Positions 1-11,488 of a stretch of DNA of 64,000 bases are shown in pieces; positions within the stretch are counted from its first letter, which is position 1; every line of letters starts with the position of its first letter. The DNA is from Yuukianura sp. NJ FZ-2021 (taxonomy: Eukaryota). Made by a program: the position numbers and the translations under genes. Under the pieces are notes generated by a model. It was not told where the DNA came from. It saw nothing but the letters and a program-made list of their open reading frames with translations, and searched no databases. The DNA lies in contig CM102285.1 in assembly GCA_046563655.1 (NCBI GenBank), positions 4,712,001 to 4,776,000 of the forward strand. The letters run 5' to 3'.

Positions 1-59
1 TTGATTAAGTGTATTTGAATTTGTTGATTTGCAGAGTTAAACTGATGCGACAAACAAGA

Positions 60-728
60 ATGGCTGACACGGCCATCGCTACACCCGACGCACCAGCGTC
101 ATCTGACGCTCCAAAGAAAGTTACGAAGAAGGCTCCAGCAACTAAGAAAACCGCAGTTGCTAAAACCCCCAAAATCAAAGCTCTAAAAGTCACGAAGAAG
201 GCGACGACTCATCCCAAGATTTCCATCATGGTGGATGACGCCATCAAAGGCCTGGGTGAGAGAGGCGGATCGTCCCTTAAGGCCATCAAGAAGTACATTC
301 TGACCAAGTACAAAGTGGATGTCGAGAAGCTTGCCCCCTTCATTCGCAGATACCTCAAATCTGGGGTAAAGAGTGGATCCATTGTACAGGCCAAAGGGAA
401 GGGAGCCAATGGGTCATTCAAGCTTCCACACAAAGGGGGCGCTGCAAAGGCATCTTCCGCAGCTCCAGCTAAACCAAAGAAGAACATTGCAGCCAAGAAG
501 GCCAAGACTTCACCAAAGGTTAAGGTCACTGGAGCCAAGGCCAAGAAGGAGAGCATTGTAGGAACTGCTGCAAAGAAAGCGTTGCCACCGAAACCGAAAA
601 AGATGACGACCACGAAGAAAGTGGCGGTTAAGAAGGTCGCCAAAGCAAAGTCGGCGGTTAAGGCTCCCAATCCAAAGCAAGTGGCTACAAAGAAGCCAGC
701 TCCCAGAAAGGCCCCAAGCAGGAAGTAA
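60..728 (+). CDS. H1: Linker histone H1 (solitary copy)
   Basis: Globular domain motif [31 protein letters not shown]...[11 protein letters not shown] with Lys/Ala/Pro-rich tails. ATG at 60 (alternative at 45), TAA at 726-728. Confidence 0.95.
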   Translation: MADTAIATPDAPASSDAPKKVTKKAPATKKTAVAKTPKIKALKVTKKATTHPKISIMVDDAIKGLGERGGSSLKAIKKYILTKYKVDVEKLAPFIRRYLKSGVKSGSIVQAKGKGANGSFKLPHKGGAAKASSAAPAKPKKNIAAKKAKTSPKVKVTGAKAKKESIVGTAAKKALPPKPKKMTTTKKVAVKKVAKAKSAVKAPNPKQVATKKPAPRKAPSRK

Positions 729-1815
729 GCGGCAGCGATTTGCAGCGCAGTGGTGAACTACAGTTTTAGTGAAGGTCGTCACTAACCTCGAAGTTCAAGT
801 ACCTCTTAATTGTTTTAAGATTAGTTAAAATTATTATTAATTTAATTACATATAGTTGTTAAAGTATCTAGATAATTTAGTATTTTAGAAATTTATATTT
901 TCTTCCACTTTAGCCTTGAAAGTAGCGATAGAATTTGGTAATTAGCTTAAAATTTATTATCGATAAGGCTTTATTTTTATTTGAAAATTCCTTCAACCGC
1001 AACCAGAAGAGCGAATCTGTCGATTCAGTATTTAGACTATCCAGTGACGACATAACTTCGCGTTTATACTTACACACAAATACCCATAAGTAAATACTTT
1101 AATCGCTTCTTATGCTTTACATGGCAAGTTAAATATTATTGCCATCGTTGATGATTGTATTATTTGAGACAAGCTGAGTCAACGAAATTTGAAAATTTTG
1201 AACGTGGCGTCTCCCTCGTTCTCGTTGTTTAAACGCTTGCTGCTGCCGACGTTTTGTTTAATAAAAGGCAATAACTTTCTTTTACTATATCGTCTGAAAC
1301 TCGAAATGTAATCTTCGGAGAGACATGCAGTATTACAACAACAGTGGTTACGTTTGACGTTTGTTATGTTTCACATTTGGTTATGTCAGCAAGTTCGACA
1401 TGTTTACATTTACTAAAAGAAAATTACTACTCTTCAAAAGGCGCCTGTTTCAAAAATAATGAGCAAGAAAAAAACGATTTAAATAGTAAAGTCGAACTTT
1501 TTGCAAGGAGCGACAGTAATTTATTAGAATATAGACGCTGAAGTCAGCAGTAAACCAAAACAACAAATGTCATAATTGTAAACTAATTTCTACCAATAAC
1601 TAGTGAATGGCATATTGGAATTAAATAATTATCGACGGCTCGGATATAGTGTGGACGAGTACCGAAATTGGCAGATTTGTTCAAGAAGATAAATTGCAGT
1701 AATGAGGTTGGTCGAATTCATGGTTGATTCTCTAAGAACGCAAATTACACGTTAGATTCAAACGACGGAAGTCTAAATTAAGATAAGACTACATGAATGT
1801 TCTGTAGTTTTACCT

Positions 1816-2031
1816 TCAGGAATGGACAATGACAGTGGTTGGAGCTCCAGCGAAGTTTCTACGTTTCGTGTTGTCTGAAATGACGCAACAGGCGTGGATT
1901 ATGCCTGGCAAAATCAAGAGACAGGTCAGGATGATATTGATCAACAGATCTGATCCGCACCCGCTTGACATGAGAACAGCAAATGGTGGGAAGATGCAGG
2001 CGCAGATGTAGCTACAGCAATTGTTGCCCAT
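1816..2031 (-). CDS. Pmp3/UPF0057 family small membrane proteolipid
   Basis: 71 aa with two hydrophobic segments and the family motif IFPPFAV...GCGSDLLINIILTCLLILPGIIHA. Probable 5'UTR intron at about 2181-2067. Confidence 0.88.
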   Translation of the reverse strand: MGNNCCSYICACIFPPFAVLMSSGCGSDLLINIILTCLLILPGIIHACCVISDNTKRRNFAGAPTTVIVHS

Positions 2032-3825
2032 ACTGTCAGTGGTTCTTTAGAAAGCAGCGATGAAGCCTAAAAATTTGAAAGAGAACAGTATTAGAATGAG
2101 CAATTTCCATTAATAGCCACATGGAGGAAAAACGTCCGCACAATTGATTTGAAAAAGAACAGTTTGAAACACATTACATACTTTGGTCACATTCATTTTC
2201 TGAATTTTGAATTTAGGAACGTTCTGTGACTAAAGCGGATAGATCTTTTTTCTCGAGTTGTCGTCGCGCTGAAAGCAACTACGCAATATAGTAATTAATC
2301 AGGTACTGGTCTATATGGCATTGGCAACCAGCAACGCCAATCGATTGAACGAATTCTACGTTTTAAATACAATGACAATGTCGTTTAATTAAGTAACTCT
2401 CATATTTTCGTGGAAATGGTGCCGCAGCTAATTTTGTAACTGTATACTAGTATACTAGCGTGCAGCGATTTGTGTTCGATTTGTATTGTGTTGTCTCTTA
2501 AAATGATCAAAGAAACGCTTTTGAAATGAAAACGCTAAGCTAAAGTCAAATGGGACTTTACCTTACTCAATGTCGTTTTCCTGTCGCGAGTTGTCGTTGT
2601 CACCTGCGCTGTTTGTCTTGTGTTGACCTTTGACCTCCAGCCACTTGAGACTGTTCCGATTTGTGACCGCTGCTTATAGATCTTGCCTCTCCGCTGTCTC
2701 CTGTCCCACTACACTGGATCTGTGGAAAGAACAAACTCTAAAACAAATCCTCCAAGCAACCCTTCGTGCAACATGAACGCTGACCACACAAGTGAAGGAC
2801 GACGGGAGTCGCTTTTGAAAGTTTGTCCAGGACCCAGTACACACGACAAGCCACTACATAGTGTTTCGTTGGTAGTATTACCTTGGAATACACATGTATT
2901 CAACAAAATGTAAATTAAAAAAAAATTAACTCTAGCTGCAAAAGTATTAACACTCACCCCCAAGCGCCCACCCCGACCGCCCGCCCTGGTTGCATTAACT
3001 TCCAAATTTGCAACAATAACTGCTGCACAAATAATTAGTATTAACTAATAAGTGCAAAAAGAATGTCAATCATTGTTACGTTTCTTGCACTTATTAGCTA
3101 GCATGCACTGAATTACGCAGATTGTTTGATTGTTTTTCTTACTTCTTTGAATGCGTCGCTGCTAAACGAAGTGGTAATTACAGAAAATTTTACTCCCGTT
3201 CTTTAGAGTAAAGAAACAAGGCGAAAAGCTAATTAATTATCAATCTGGAGTTCGTGCGCATGAGCATGAATTCGATCAAAGCAATGCAAAGTGTTGGTTT
3301 AGTATTACAGAAGGTTGCTGTTTTCTTCGACAAACAAGATATGACGTTATGAGTCACATTAGTTTTGTATCTTCTGTATTCTTAATTTGACCTTGAAAAC
3401 CCGAAACTTTTTTTTACAGTTACACTCTTACTGCTGTCGTTTGTTTTGCTTACTAATAATGAGATGGGAGGGCGGATTTGCGTTTTAGTGTATTTCTGCA
3501 GAGAATTGTACGGATTTGTATTGTGATTTAATTCAATTCGTTGTTCTGTTGTAATCATTGAGATGCAACCTCGATGAAGTCAATTAGGAATAAAAAGCAT
3601 GTTTCATAAAAAGGATGAACAAAGTTAAAAATGCATAATTCGAAAGGATATAAATTCAGCCTATCAAAAGGAATATAAAATAACAAATAATGCACAAATA
3701 AACGAAGCTTTTTCGTCTCGAAATTTTATATTGAGTGAAATTAACAAAGCGAATGCAAGTTGGTTTTTTTGAATTGCACGCAAAGGTCACGTATGCATCA
3801 ACGTCACGAAAACACGACAAGCCTA

Positions 3826-4060
3826 CAGGGTGTCCAAAAACTTAATCCCCACTTTCTCCAAAATATAAACTCGGGAAATTGCCAGCTTCGCGTACATTTG
3901 ACATTGACATTTACTTTTAGCTCAACCAGTATCAGGGATGACCCCTTGATCATCATGATTAGCATAAAAATCGTCAAACTCGCAAGAAATGTACGAGTTG
4001 CGCACAATTTCTTAAGTCTATTCTTTGGTAAAAGCGGATATTATAAGTTTCTGGACACTA
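3826..4060. mobile_element. Possible degenerate Tc1/mariner-type MITE
   Basis: Left end TA-CAGGGTGTCCAAAAACTTA, with an imperfect inverted copy TAAGTTTCTGGACAC near 4044-4058. Confidence 0.35.
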
Positions 4061-4334
4061 TACAATGCCAAAAGTTAAGTGTAGTGTAAGTGAAAGCAGA
4101 CTCATCATAGCCTATTTTGCAGCTTTCTTCATTCAGCAGACTGAGAGAAAGGTTTTTAAAACAGCTTTAGCAAATCAATATCCCACGAAGTAGAACCCAT
4201 CCGCACCCAACATTTTATACCCAGCACATCCATAGCCAACCAGGATACTTTGCACTCAAAACATTGCAAATTCAGATCAGTCAACCTTGGAATCGGGAAA
4301 CCCCGTGCTGTTTACGCCGTTTCCTTTTTCCATC

Positions 4335-5322
4335 ATGGCTGAGACCGACAGTACTTCGATACTGGCAATCCTCTGGACGGAATTCTGCACGCATTTCAAG
4401 ATCCCACAGGAAACTGTTGGTGAAAAGTGGTTGGGATGCATACAAGCTCAGTATCAACGACCTTGCAATGACCTCGATTCCTTGGCGTTCAAGCTTCAGA
4501 AATTCGAGTCTTGCAAGCAGTATCTCAACTACCCCGACACAGTATTTTTGGCACTCATATTCCAGTCGTAAGTTGCTTAGTTTGAATGAGTCATATGAGT
4601 CAAAAGCAATGAAAAACTCTTGACATGTTTTGATTTCATAGAATACATTATGTGACTAATGCCACGGATAATGTGGACAAATCTGTCGCCAAGTTTGAAG
4701 AGTTTGCCTCGGATGCGGGGTTCAATACGGTAAGGAAAAAGACTATGAAAAATGTTAGTCCTATCTCATGCGTTTTAGCCAAAACTGATAAGTTGAGTTG
4801 AATGGCATAACATGAATTAGTATTGTTGATGTCAACTGGATACTGATTACTATAAATATTGAAAACAAACTATGATAAGGAACACGCTGAAATGGTCAAA
4901 CGAGTGTCCGACCTCATTGAAATCTCAGTCAACAACTCTTGCAACGAATTTTGGGAAGACGGAACATTCGGGACAGCGGACACACATTACTTCATGGACA
5001 TCAACTTTGCTCATTTGGGGCAGGAATGGAATGACTACAAAATTTTGTCGGAGAAAACGAGAAATGAATATGAATTCCTCGATGGTGAAAGTTATGCAAA
5101 GTTGAGAAGGAAGGTCAATTGCAATTTGAAATCCTCATTCCAAAAATTATGCCTCCAAAAGTATCATTAAATCTTAAATGCTTATTTTTGAATACTTCGC
5201 AGATTCTTCAAAGCTTTCTTCACATCCCAAAAATATTTTCAACTGCTGTATTCCGAACCGAATTGGAAGATAAGGCAAGGAAAAATATCCAACAGGAAAT
5301 TGACGAGTTAAATCAACAGTAA
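4335..5322 (+). CDS. HD-superfamily-like (COG4339-like) protein with degenerate metal-binding motif, 4 exons
   Basis: Exons 4335-4567, 4642-4729, 4880-5113 and 5203-5322 join in frame. Motifs LALIFQSIHY..DNVDKS..FEEFA, YFMDINFAHLG, RNEYEFL..YAKLRRKILQSFL, ARKNIQQEI. Confidence 0.7.
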
Positions 5323-5512
5323 TTCGATCACATCATAACCCTGAATGCTGAAAAAAATGAGAATCTCACCACTACAATGTCCGGACAAAGTAATTCACGC
5401 TTATGATGAAGCTTTAAAAATTGTAATAGCTATTTGCTTTATGTCAAATTCGATTACAGTTAAGAAAAGTTAGCATTTAAAAACAGAAACCAGTTAAATT
5501 CTAACTGCAAAA

Positions 5513-6808
5513 TCAAATGTCCATTAATTCCTCATCGTCGTCATCGTCATCAATATTTAGATTTATGTGTTTAGACTTCTTTCCTGTGATTGCGGCCGTT
5601 GCTGTAATGAGTGTGGACGCCAGCGGTGGTGCAGGTTTCGTTTGGCCCAATTTCATCATCACCGCTGCCTCCGTTATAGCGCCTTTCTTTTCTTGGCGTG
5701 GCGTAGACGGTGATGAAGGAACGGAAAGCGATTGCGGATGGCTATGTCTTTCACGTCGTTCCCTCGGTGGATCAGGCCGATCCCGATCTTTCTGTTCAGT
5801 TCGATCACGTTCCACGGTTTCACGATCTCTTCGCTCATGCCTGTCTCGTTCCATCTTTTCGGCACGTTCCTTCTCCAGTTCATGGCGACTCCTTTCCCGA
5901 TCATGGCGTTCTTTGTCTTTGGATTCTTTCTCTTTTGGATTGTCGGCTTTTTCTTTCTCTATCTTTTCGTTTTCTTTGTCCGGATCAACACGATCTAGAA
6001 GAACAATTCCACCCATTTCACGTGCAATGTTATTCGGAGAATTCGTGGTAACGGTAGAGGTACGGTCGGTCATTGTAACGGCTGGGCTAATAGGTGCTGG
6101 AGAATGCAGTTCGGCGGGACTAGGGATATTGATATCGGGTAGCTGATTGAATACTGATGGATCTCCGTAGTCCGGCACTTTGTCTCTGGCTTGATATTCG
6201 TAGGGCAAGTAAGTTTCTGATGTAGTTTCCGCCCCTTCTTCTGATTCGACTGATTTGAGATCTTCTAATGTCAAATGGGCCAAGGCAATAGAACGAAGTA
6301 TTTCCTTCATAGATTCTCGAATATCGGATGGAACTTCGTCTATAAAATAGAATTTAATGACAGTGCGTCAGAGGGGCAGTGTTATTATTAGTCCGAAATA
6401 AATTTTATGGGTGTAAGAGTATCAAGTGTAATAATAATTATTCCTTTGTACATCTCCTTTAGTAAACTTACTCCTTGCATATGGAATCATGTCGCATAAC
6501 ATGTGTGAAAAATTGACATTTTCAATTCCTTCTCTTTTAATATATTGTGTACATCTTTCCCGTATCATTGCACTCCAACCCGAAAACCGTAGAATGTCAC
6601 TCAAATGGCTCTTGACCCTGAAAGTTCAAGTTAAACTAATTAGTTTCAAAAACACCGGTGGTAAACGGAACTTATTCACTTACGTATAGATCTTGCCGCT
6701 TCGAACTAATTTGTCGTAAATCAGATTTCTACATTGGACGACGTCCACCCCTCTGACCTCACCCTTGGGGAGAGCCGGTAAAAATTCCGTTTCATTTGGC
6801 ATTGGCAT
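5513..6808 (-). CDS. ENY2/Sus1-like N-terminal domain plus long charged low-complexity tail, 3 exons
   Basis: Exons 6808-6684, 6617-6472 and 6339-5513 splice in frame. IYDKLVRSG..VKSHLSDILRFSGWSAMIRERCTQYIKREGIENVNFSHMLCDMIPYARNEVPSDIRESM fits the ENY2 pattern. Confidence 0.7.
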
Positions 6809-7286
6809 GCTTCTTGTAATCTTCCTCCTAGTGTAACAACCTAACCTGACCCTGACCGTGTACTACAGCCACAGCCGCCGTATCGTATTGCTAGAAGTCC
6901 CAGTTTAAATTTCAGGACACAATCAACTGGGAATGGTATGTCGGGATATTCATGGAAACTGTCTGATACCGATTGTGTTTTTCTAATTCGTAAAATTCTA
7001 ACTTTGTTGAAATGTTGAAGTTAAACGCTCTCATACAGTTCAAATGTAAACAATGCAAACCAAAAGATTATCTGGGGCTCACTAAAAACCAGAATCTGTG
7101 TAATCCGCAGAACGCTAAAGCCCGAATCACATTGCAAACCTTGCGTCGTGCGTCAACTTTAAAGTTGACGCTCAGAATTAAAGCGCGTTGATTTTGACGC
7201 AGACCCGAAGGCTATCACACTGCGAGCTCTGGCGTTGAAAAAAAAGCAGCTTCAAAAAAAGCGCACAGATTTCCCTACACCTACTA

Positions 7287-8893
7287 CAGAGACACCTCTA
7301 AGATACAAACTCTTTTTCTCCTTTCTCTCAGTGGCGGGATACCGTAAGACTCAAAATTCTGGAGGGAATAGTTTCCGTTGTTGTTTTTTTTTCTCTTTAC
7401 AAAACGAACTAAGTAATGTTCTCACCTTAACCTTTCAGCTTTAATTGTCTGGTATTTTGTTTAAATTACTTAAAACACTTAATTAACTAAAAATGCCAAA
7501 AGTTGTAAGTCCGACTCTGTTTACCAAGAGAAAAATACTGGGAGAAGTTGGCAATATCCCGCGAAAAGACATCTGTGCCAAATATTCTATCGCTAAGTCG
7601 ACATTGAGCCTGCTGATTAAGAAGAAAGATGAACTGGAAAACTTCAAGGGGAATCCAAAGGTCAGTAGATTTTTGAATATAATTACGATTAGTTTTAAAT
7701 GACCTACGAGAGTTATTGAAAATTTTTTGATTTTTGACCAATGTTCCTCATGTTTTTTTTTTTGCAGAAAAGGAAGTCTGTTGTTCAGGGGAAAGTAAAA
7801 ACAATGGACGAAGTGCTTATGGGATGGATTACTGAACAACGAGCAAATGGAATTCCGCTTTCCTGTTCACTAATTAAAGAAAAGGCTCGAACTCTGGATC
7901 CAAATGGGAACAAGAAATATTCTAACGGTTGGTTCGAAAAATTTCAAAAAAGGAACAACCTAACCCATAAGCGAATTTGCGGTGAGGAACTGGAAGTTGA
8001 CCTCGAAAACCTGGACAACTGGAAACTAAACGTTTTAGCCCCCACAACACGAAACTACAGTGACTCCGACATTTTTAACGCTGACGAATCAGCGCTTTTT
8101 TTCAAAAAACTACCCGGCACGACATTTGATGTAAAAGGTGGGAAGGTCACTGGAATTAAGTTTTAACTTCTAATTTTATTTTAATTTGTATTTAATTTAT
8201 GTTTTTTTTTTGAATAGGAAAAAAGTGCTTTGGCCTGAAAGCTTCAAAGGAAAGAGTGACTTTCCTAGCCTGTTGCAACAAAACCGGCGATCAGAAGCAG
8301 CCACTGCTAATTATCGGGAAATCTAAAAATCCGAGGTGTTTCAAGAACACTAAATTCGCCTCAGAATTTACTTATCGTTCGTCAAAGAGGGCCTGGATGA
8401 CACGGGAATTATTTTCCGAGTGGCTGGCAACGTTTAATTCAAACATGGCAGACCAGAAAAGGAAGGTGTTGCTCATACTGGACAATTTTAGCGGACATGT
8501 GGTTGAGGAGGAACTTTTTCCAAATTTGCAACTTTTATTTTTGCCACCGAATACAACTTCAAAGAGTCAGCCACTGGATTGCGGAATTATTCAGTCCCTG
8601 AAACAAAATTATTGTCACCAAATTGTTAAAGTTTTGGATTCTGGGAAAGATCTGAATGATGTGAAACTTTCGGTTGGGATAGAAATGCTTTGTCAATCGT
8701 GGAATGATGTCAAGCAAGAAACAATTGTTAATTGTTTTAGAAAAAGCGAGAAAATTGGTTAAGGCTCTAAATTGCAAATCCAAACAATAAATATCTGCAC
8801 GCCTCGTCGCTTTTTGAAAATTTACGGTATCGGCGTCCTTTCACTTCCTAAAACAACCAATCACAGCGAGTTTGTATCTTAGAGGGGTCTCTG
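7287..8893 (+). mobile_element. pogo/Tigger DNA transposon, full length (1607 bp)
   Basis: 26-bp TIRs CAGAGACACCTCTAAGATACAAACTC (7287-7312) and the inverted copy at 8868-8893 with 1 mismatch. TA TSD at 7285-7286 and 8894-8895. Confidence 0.93.
7493..8762 (+). CDS. pogo/Tigger transposase (CENP-B-type HTH plus DDE_1), about 360 aa, 3 exons
   Basis: Exons 7493-7660, 7768-8137 and 8218-8762 join in frame. Motifs SNGWFEKFQKR, FNADESALFF, KERVTFLACCN, LILDNFSGH, LPPNTTSKSQPLDCGII. Confidence 0.92.
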
Positions 8894-10614
8894 TATGACT
8901 GATCCTAGGCTATGACTTATAGCCTATGAGGAACATGCAGAAAAGTATTGGATATGGATGAACAGCTGAGAAGCTGAGCTTAAATGTAATTCTTGGTCAA
9001 TTTCAGTGCTTGACTTTCCGTTTCTTAACTTTCCCATTAAAGTCAAGGTTTTTCATCCATTTTTCTATAAATTAATTAAATAAAATAATTAAATAAAAAT
9101 AACAAGTCCGGCGCCGGAACTTCTAACAATATTTTGATTCAGTAATGCAAAATGGACATTACCTGACTTGAAACTGAAGTTAAACCATGTCATAGTTAGT
9201 TAAAGTTCAAATAGCAGATGTTAAACAATTAAAAAAACAGACGATTCGATTTTGACGCGAAGAAAAGTTGAACCAAGTTCAACTTCTCATCGCGTCAACT
9301 TTTCTTGACGCGACGTCAGTTTTGAATCGGAAGGAGGCAGTGTGATAGCTCCCCGATTTTGAGCTCGCGTTGAGTTTGAGGCTGAGAAAAAACGCGCGTC
9401 AACTCAACGCAGCCTCAAATCCAATGTGATAGCCTTTTTCTCGCGTTGGATTCAAATCCAACGCAAAAAGTTGAGGTGCGTCGGCAATGTGATACGGGCT
9501 TAAGGATTCTCATTCTCACTTGATTTTCAGCATTTAAATGTTAAGCAACGTCAGATACACAAATAATAAATTAAGACAAATTTTTCGAAGCACACATTTT
9601 TTTTGACTCTTCGAGAAACGAAGTTGCTGCATAGTATTCCAACATTGAACATTCCAATGGGTTAGTACTTTTTCTTGGTTTAAGCAATGTCATTGTGGCA
9701 AGGGTGATCAACATGTCGCTTATGCTCGGCTAGATTCAACTTTTTGTAAACCGCAAAGCAATTTTAGTAAACGGTTTAGATTCACTCAGCATATTTTTGC
9801 AAATGGTGGATGCAGGCAACAACACTCATTGAAGTTTTTTAGTCGTATACGTTTTAAGAGATTTTTCTTCAGTTGACTCAGAAAAATGGCGGAGATTACA
9901 CTAGTCAAGCTCAAGACGACGCTTTGCTGAGGAAATGACTACACCACGCCCAGAAACCCTTTTGGTTTTGTCCTAAAACTACAGTTTCAAGGACTAGGAC
10001 AAGGTCAAGGACTTCAAGTTTAAGTTTTTTTTTAACTGGAGAGAACAAATATTGTTTGGCGCCCGGCTTTTGAGTAAGTGTTCGTGGGTTTTCGGTCATG
10101 GTGACTTAAAATATGTAATTCATAAATATATTTAAGAAATGTGAAAATTACTTTTGAAATGTAAAATTACATGTACAATTACATTTCTGTAGGATTAAGG
10201 CATAATCCACTGATGACGTCAACCAAGCAAGATTTGTTTGTCCATATTGTTTGTCTCAGGACTAATAAAAGGAAGTGTGAACTTATAATTAACACCTAAA
10301 GACGCGTGCTTATCAATACCAAACAAACGTTTATGACTCGACTTTATCAGCAAAGATAATGCAGACTCATAACTTCAGTGTTTTCGCCAGGTTATGTTAA
10401 ATTATGCCTTCCGTACCACTCATTGGCTAGCGCTACGTCTTGAACGAAAACTTTTCCACAAAACGCTTCCGACGTTCTTCAAATTTCGACATCCAACGCT
10501 TTGTTCGGCGACTAAATTGTCAGCGTTCTACGAGTGAAAGTGAACAGTTTACTATGTGAATTAACATTAATCAATTTGCACTTAATATACGCGCAAAGTC
10601 GACGATTAAAAGTC

Positions 10615-11016
10615 ATGAGTGACGAAGTGAATTCCACTTCCACTACAGTTCCAACGATTCTGACGGCGGGAATACGGTCCACTTATCATACAGAATTATA
10701 CGTTGCAGTTCAAATTGTGACTGCAATTTCGTCATTCGTCGCCGTCCTAGTGATTTCTTTCATGGCATTCGTAGTCTTGTATGCGAAGCACACAAATAGG
10801 AAAGAAAGACAACAAAACTCAATTGTAATTGAGCAAGAAGAGGCCATCATGGACGCTAGACGGAGGAAACACCTCTATGCCAACAGAAACAGTGTCAAGA
10901 GAGATGTGATAGTGGTCGTAACTGATAGTTGCGAAGCATCTATTCCCAAAGACACAGGAGGTAACGCTGAAGTTCGATCCAATGGAGACGACGGAGTGTC
11001 GAACTCCGCAGTTTAA
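10615..11016 (+). CDS. Small single-pass membrane protein, unknown function
   Basis: Ser/Thr-rich N-terminus, one hydrophobic helix (IVTAISSFVAVLVISFMAFVVLY) and a basic juxtamembrane segment. Confidence 0.6.
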   Translation: MSDEVNSTSTTVPTILTAGIRSTYHTELYVAVQIVTAISSFVAVLVISFMAFVVLYAKHTNRKERQQNSIVIEQEEAIMDARRRKHLYANRNSVKRDVIVVVTDSCEASIPKDTGGNAEVRSNGDDGVSNSAV

Positions 11017-11488
11017 GTGAAATCTATAAACGGGAAGCAAAAGACACGCCGCAGTCCCATCGTAGCCTTCACTGCCAAGTCAGTGGCAAGAATCGAAGGA
11101 AAAAAGTGAATTTTAGACCGTAAGGTGCGTGGAAGGCTTCATTTGACACCAACATTACATACGCTTCATCAGTGGAATCTTGAACTTGAAATAGAAAACA
11201 AAAGTTAACTCGAGCTTAGGTTTAATCTTATAATTCCGCAACGTTTGCTGTCGTACTATTACTAGTTCCGTACGTAGCTGGAAACTAAATACATTTTTAT
11301 AACTCAAAAGACTAGTCGCTAAATGTTAGATAATTAATCAAGAAAGCAAAGAAGAAGAAGCTGAATGCCGAAACAAATAAGTTTAGAAATTGTATCGCGG
11401 TTCAAAAAAATATTGATTGAAAATGATTAATGATACTTGCGTGATTCGGTGAGTAATTTTAAAGAATTCTAACGTTGTCTTCTTGTTC

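Larger units (their letters stand above)
7119..9500. mobile_element. Non-autonomous PIF/Harbinger-like element hosting a nested pogo/Tigger element
   Basis: 17-bp TIRs AGCCCGAATCACATTGC (7119-7135) and GCAATGTGATACGGGCT (9484-9500) with 1 mismatch. TAA flanks both ends (7116-7118, 9501-9503). Confidence 0.75.

Noticed and set aside
209..670. Hydrophobic minus-strand ORF
   Set aside because: Antisense shadow of Lys/Ala-rich histone H1 codons.
5517..6146. 209-aa plus-strand Ser/Arg-rich ORF
   Set aside because: Antisense shadow of the charged tail of the minus-strand gene.
6838..6850. Scattered AACCTAACCT motifs (also near 13659, 22762, 36784) as telomeric arrays
   Set aside because: Only about two units each. 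The motif is common in promoters and small transposons, so this is not an array.
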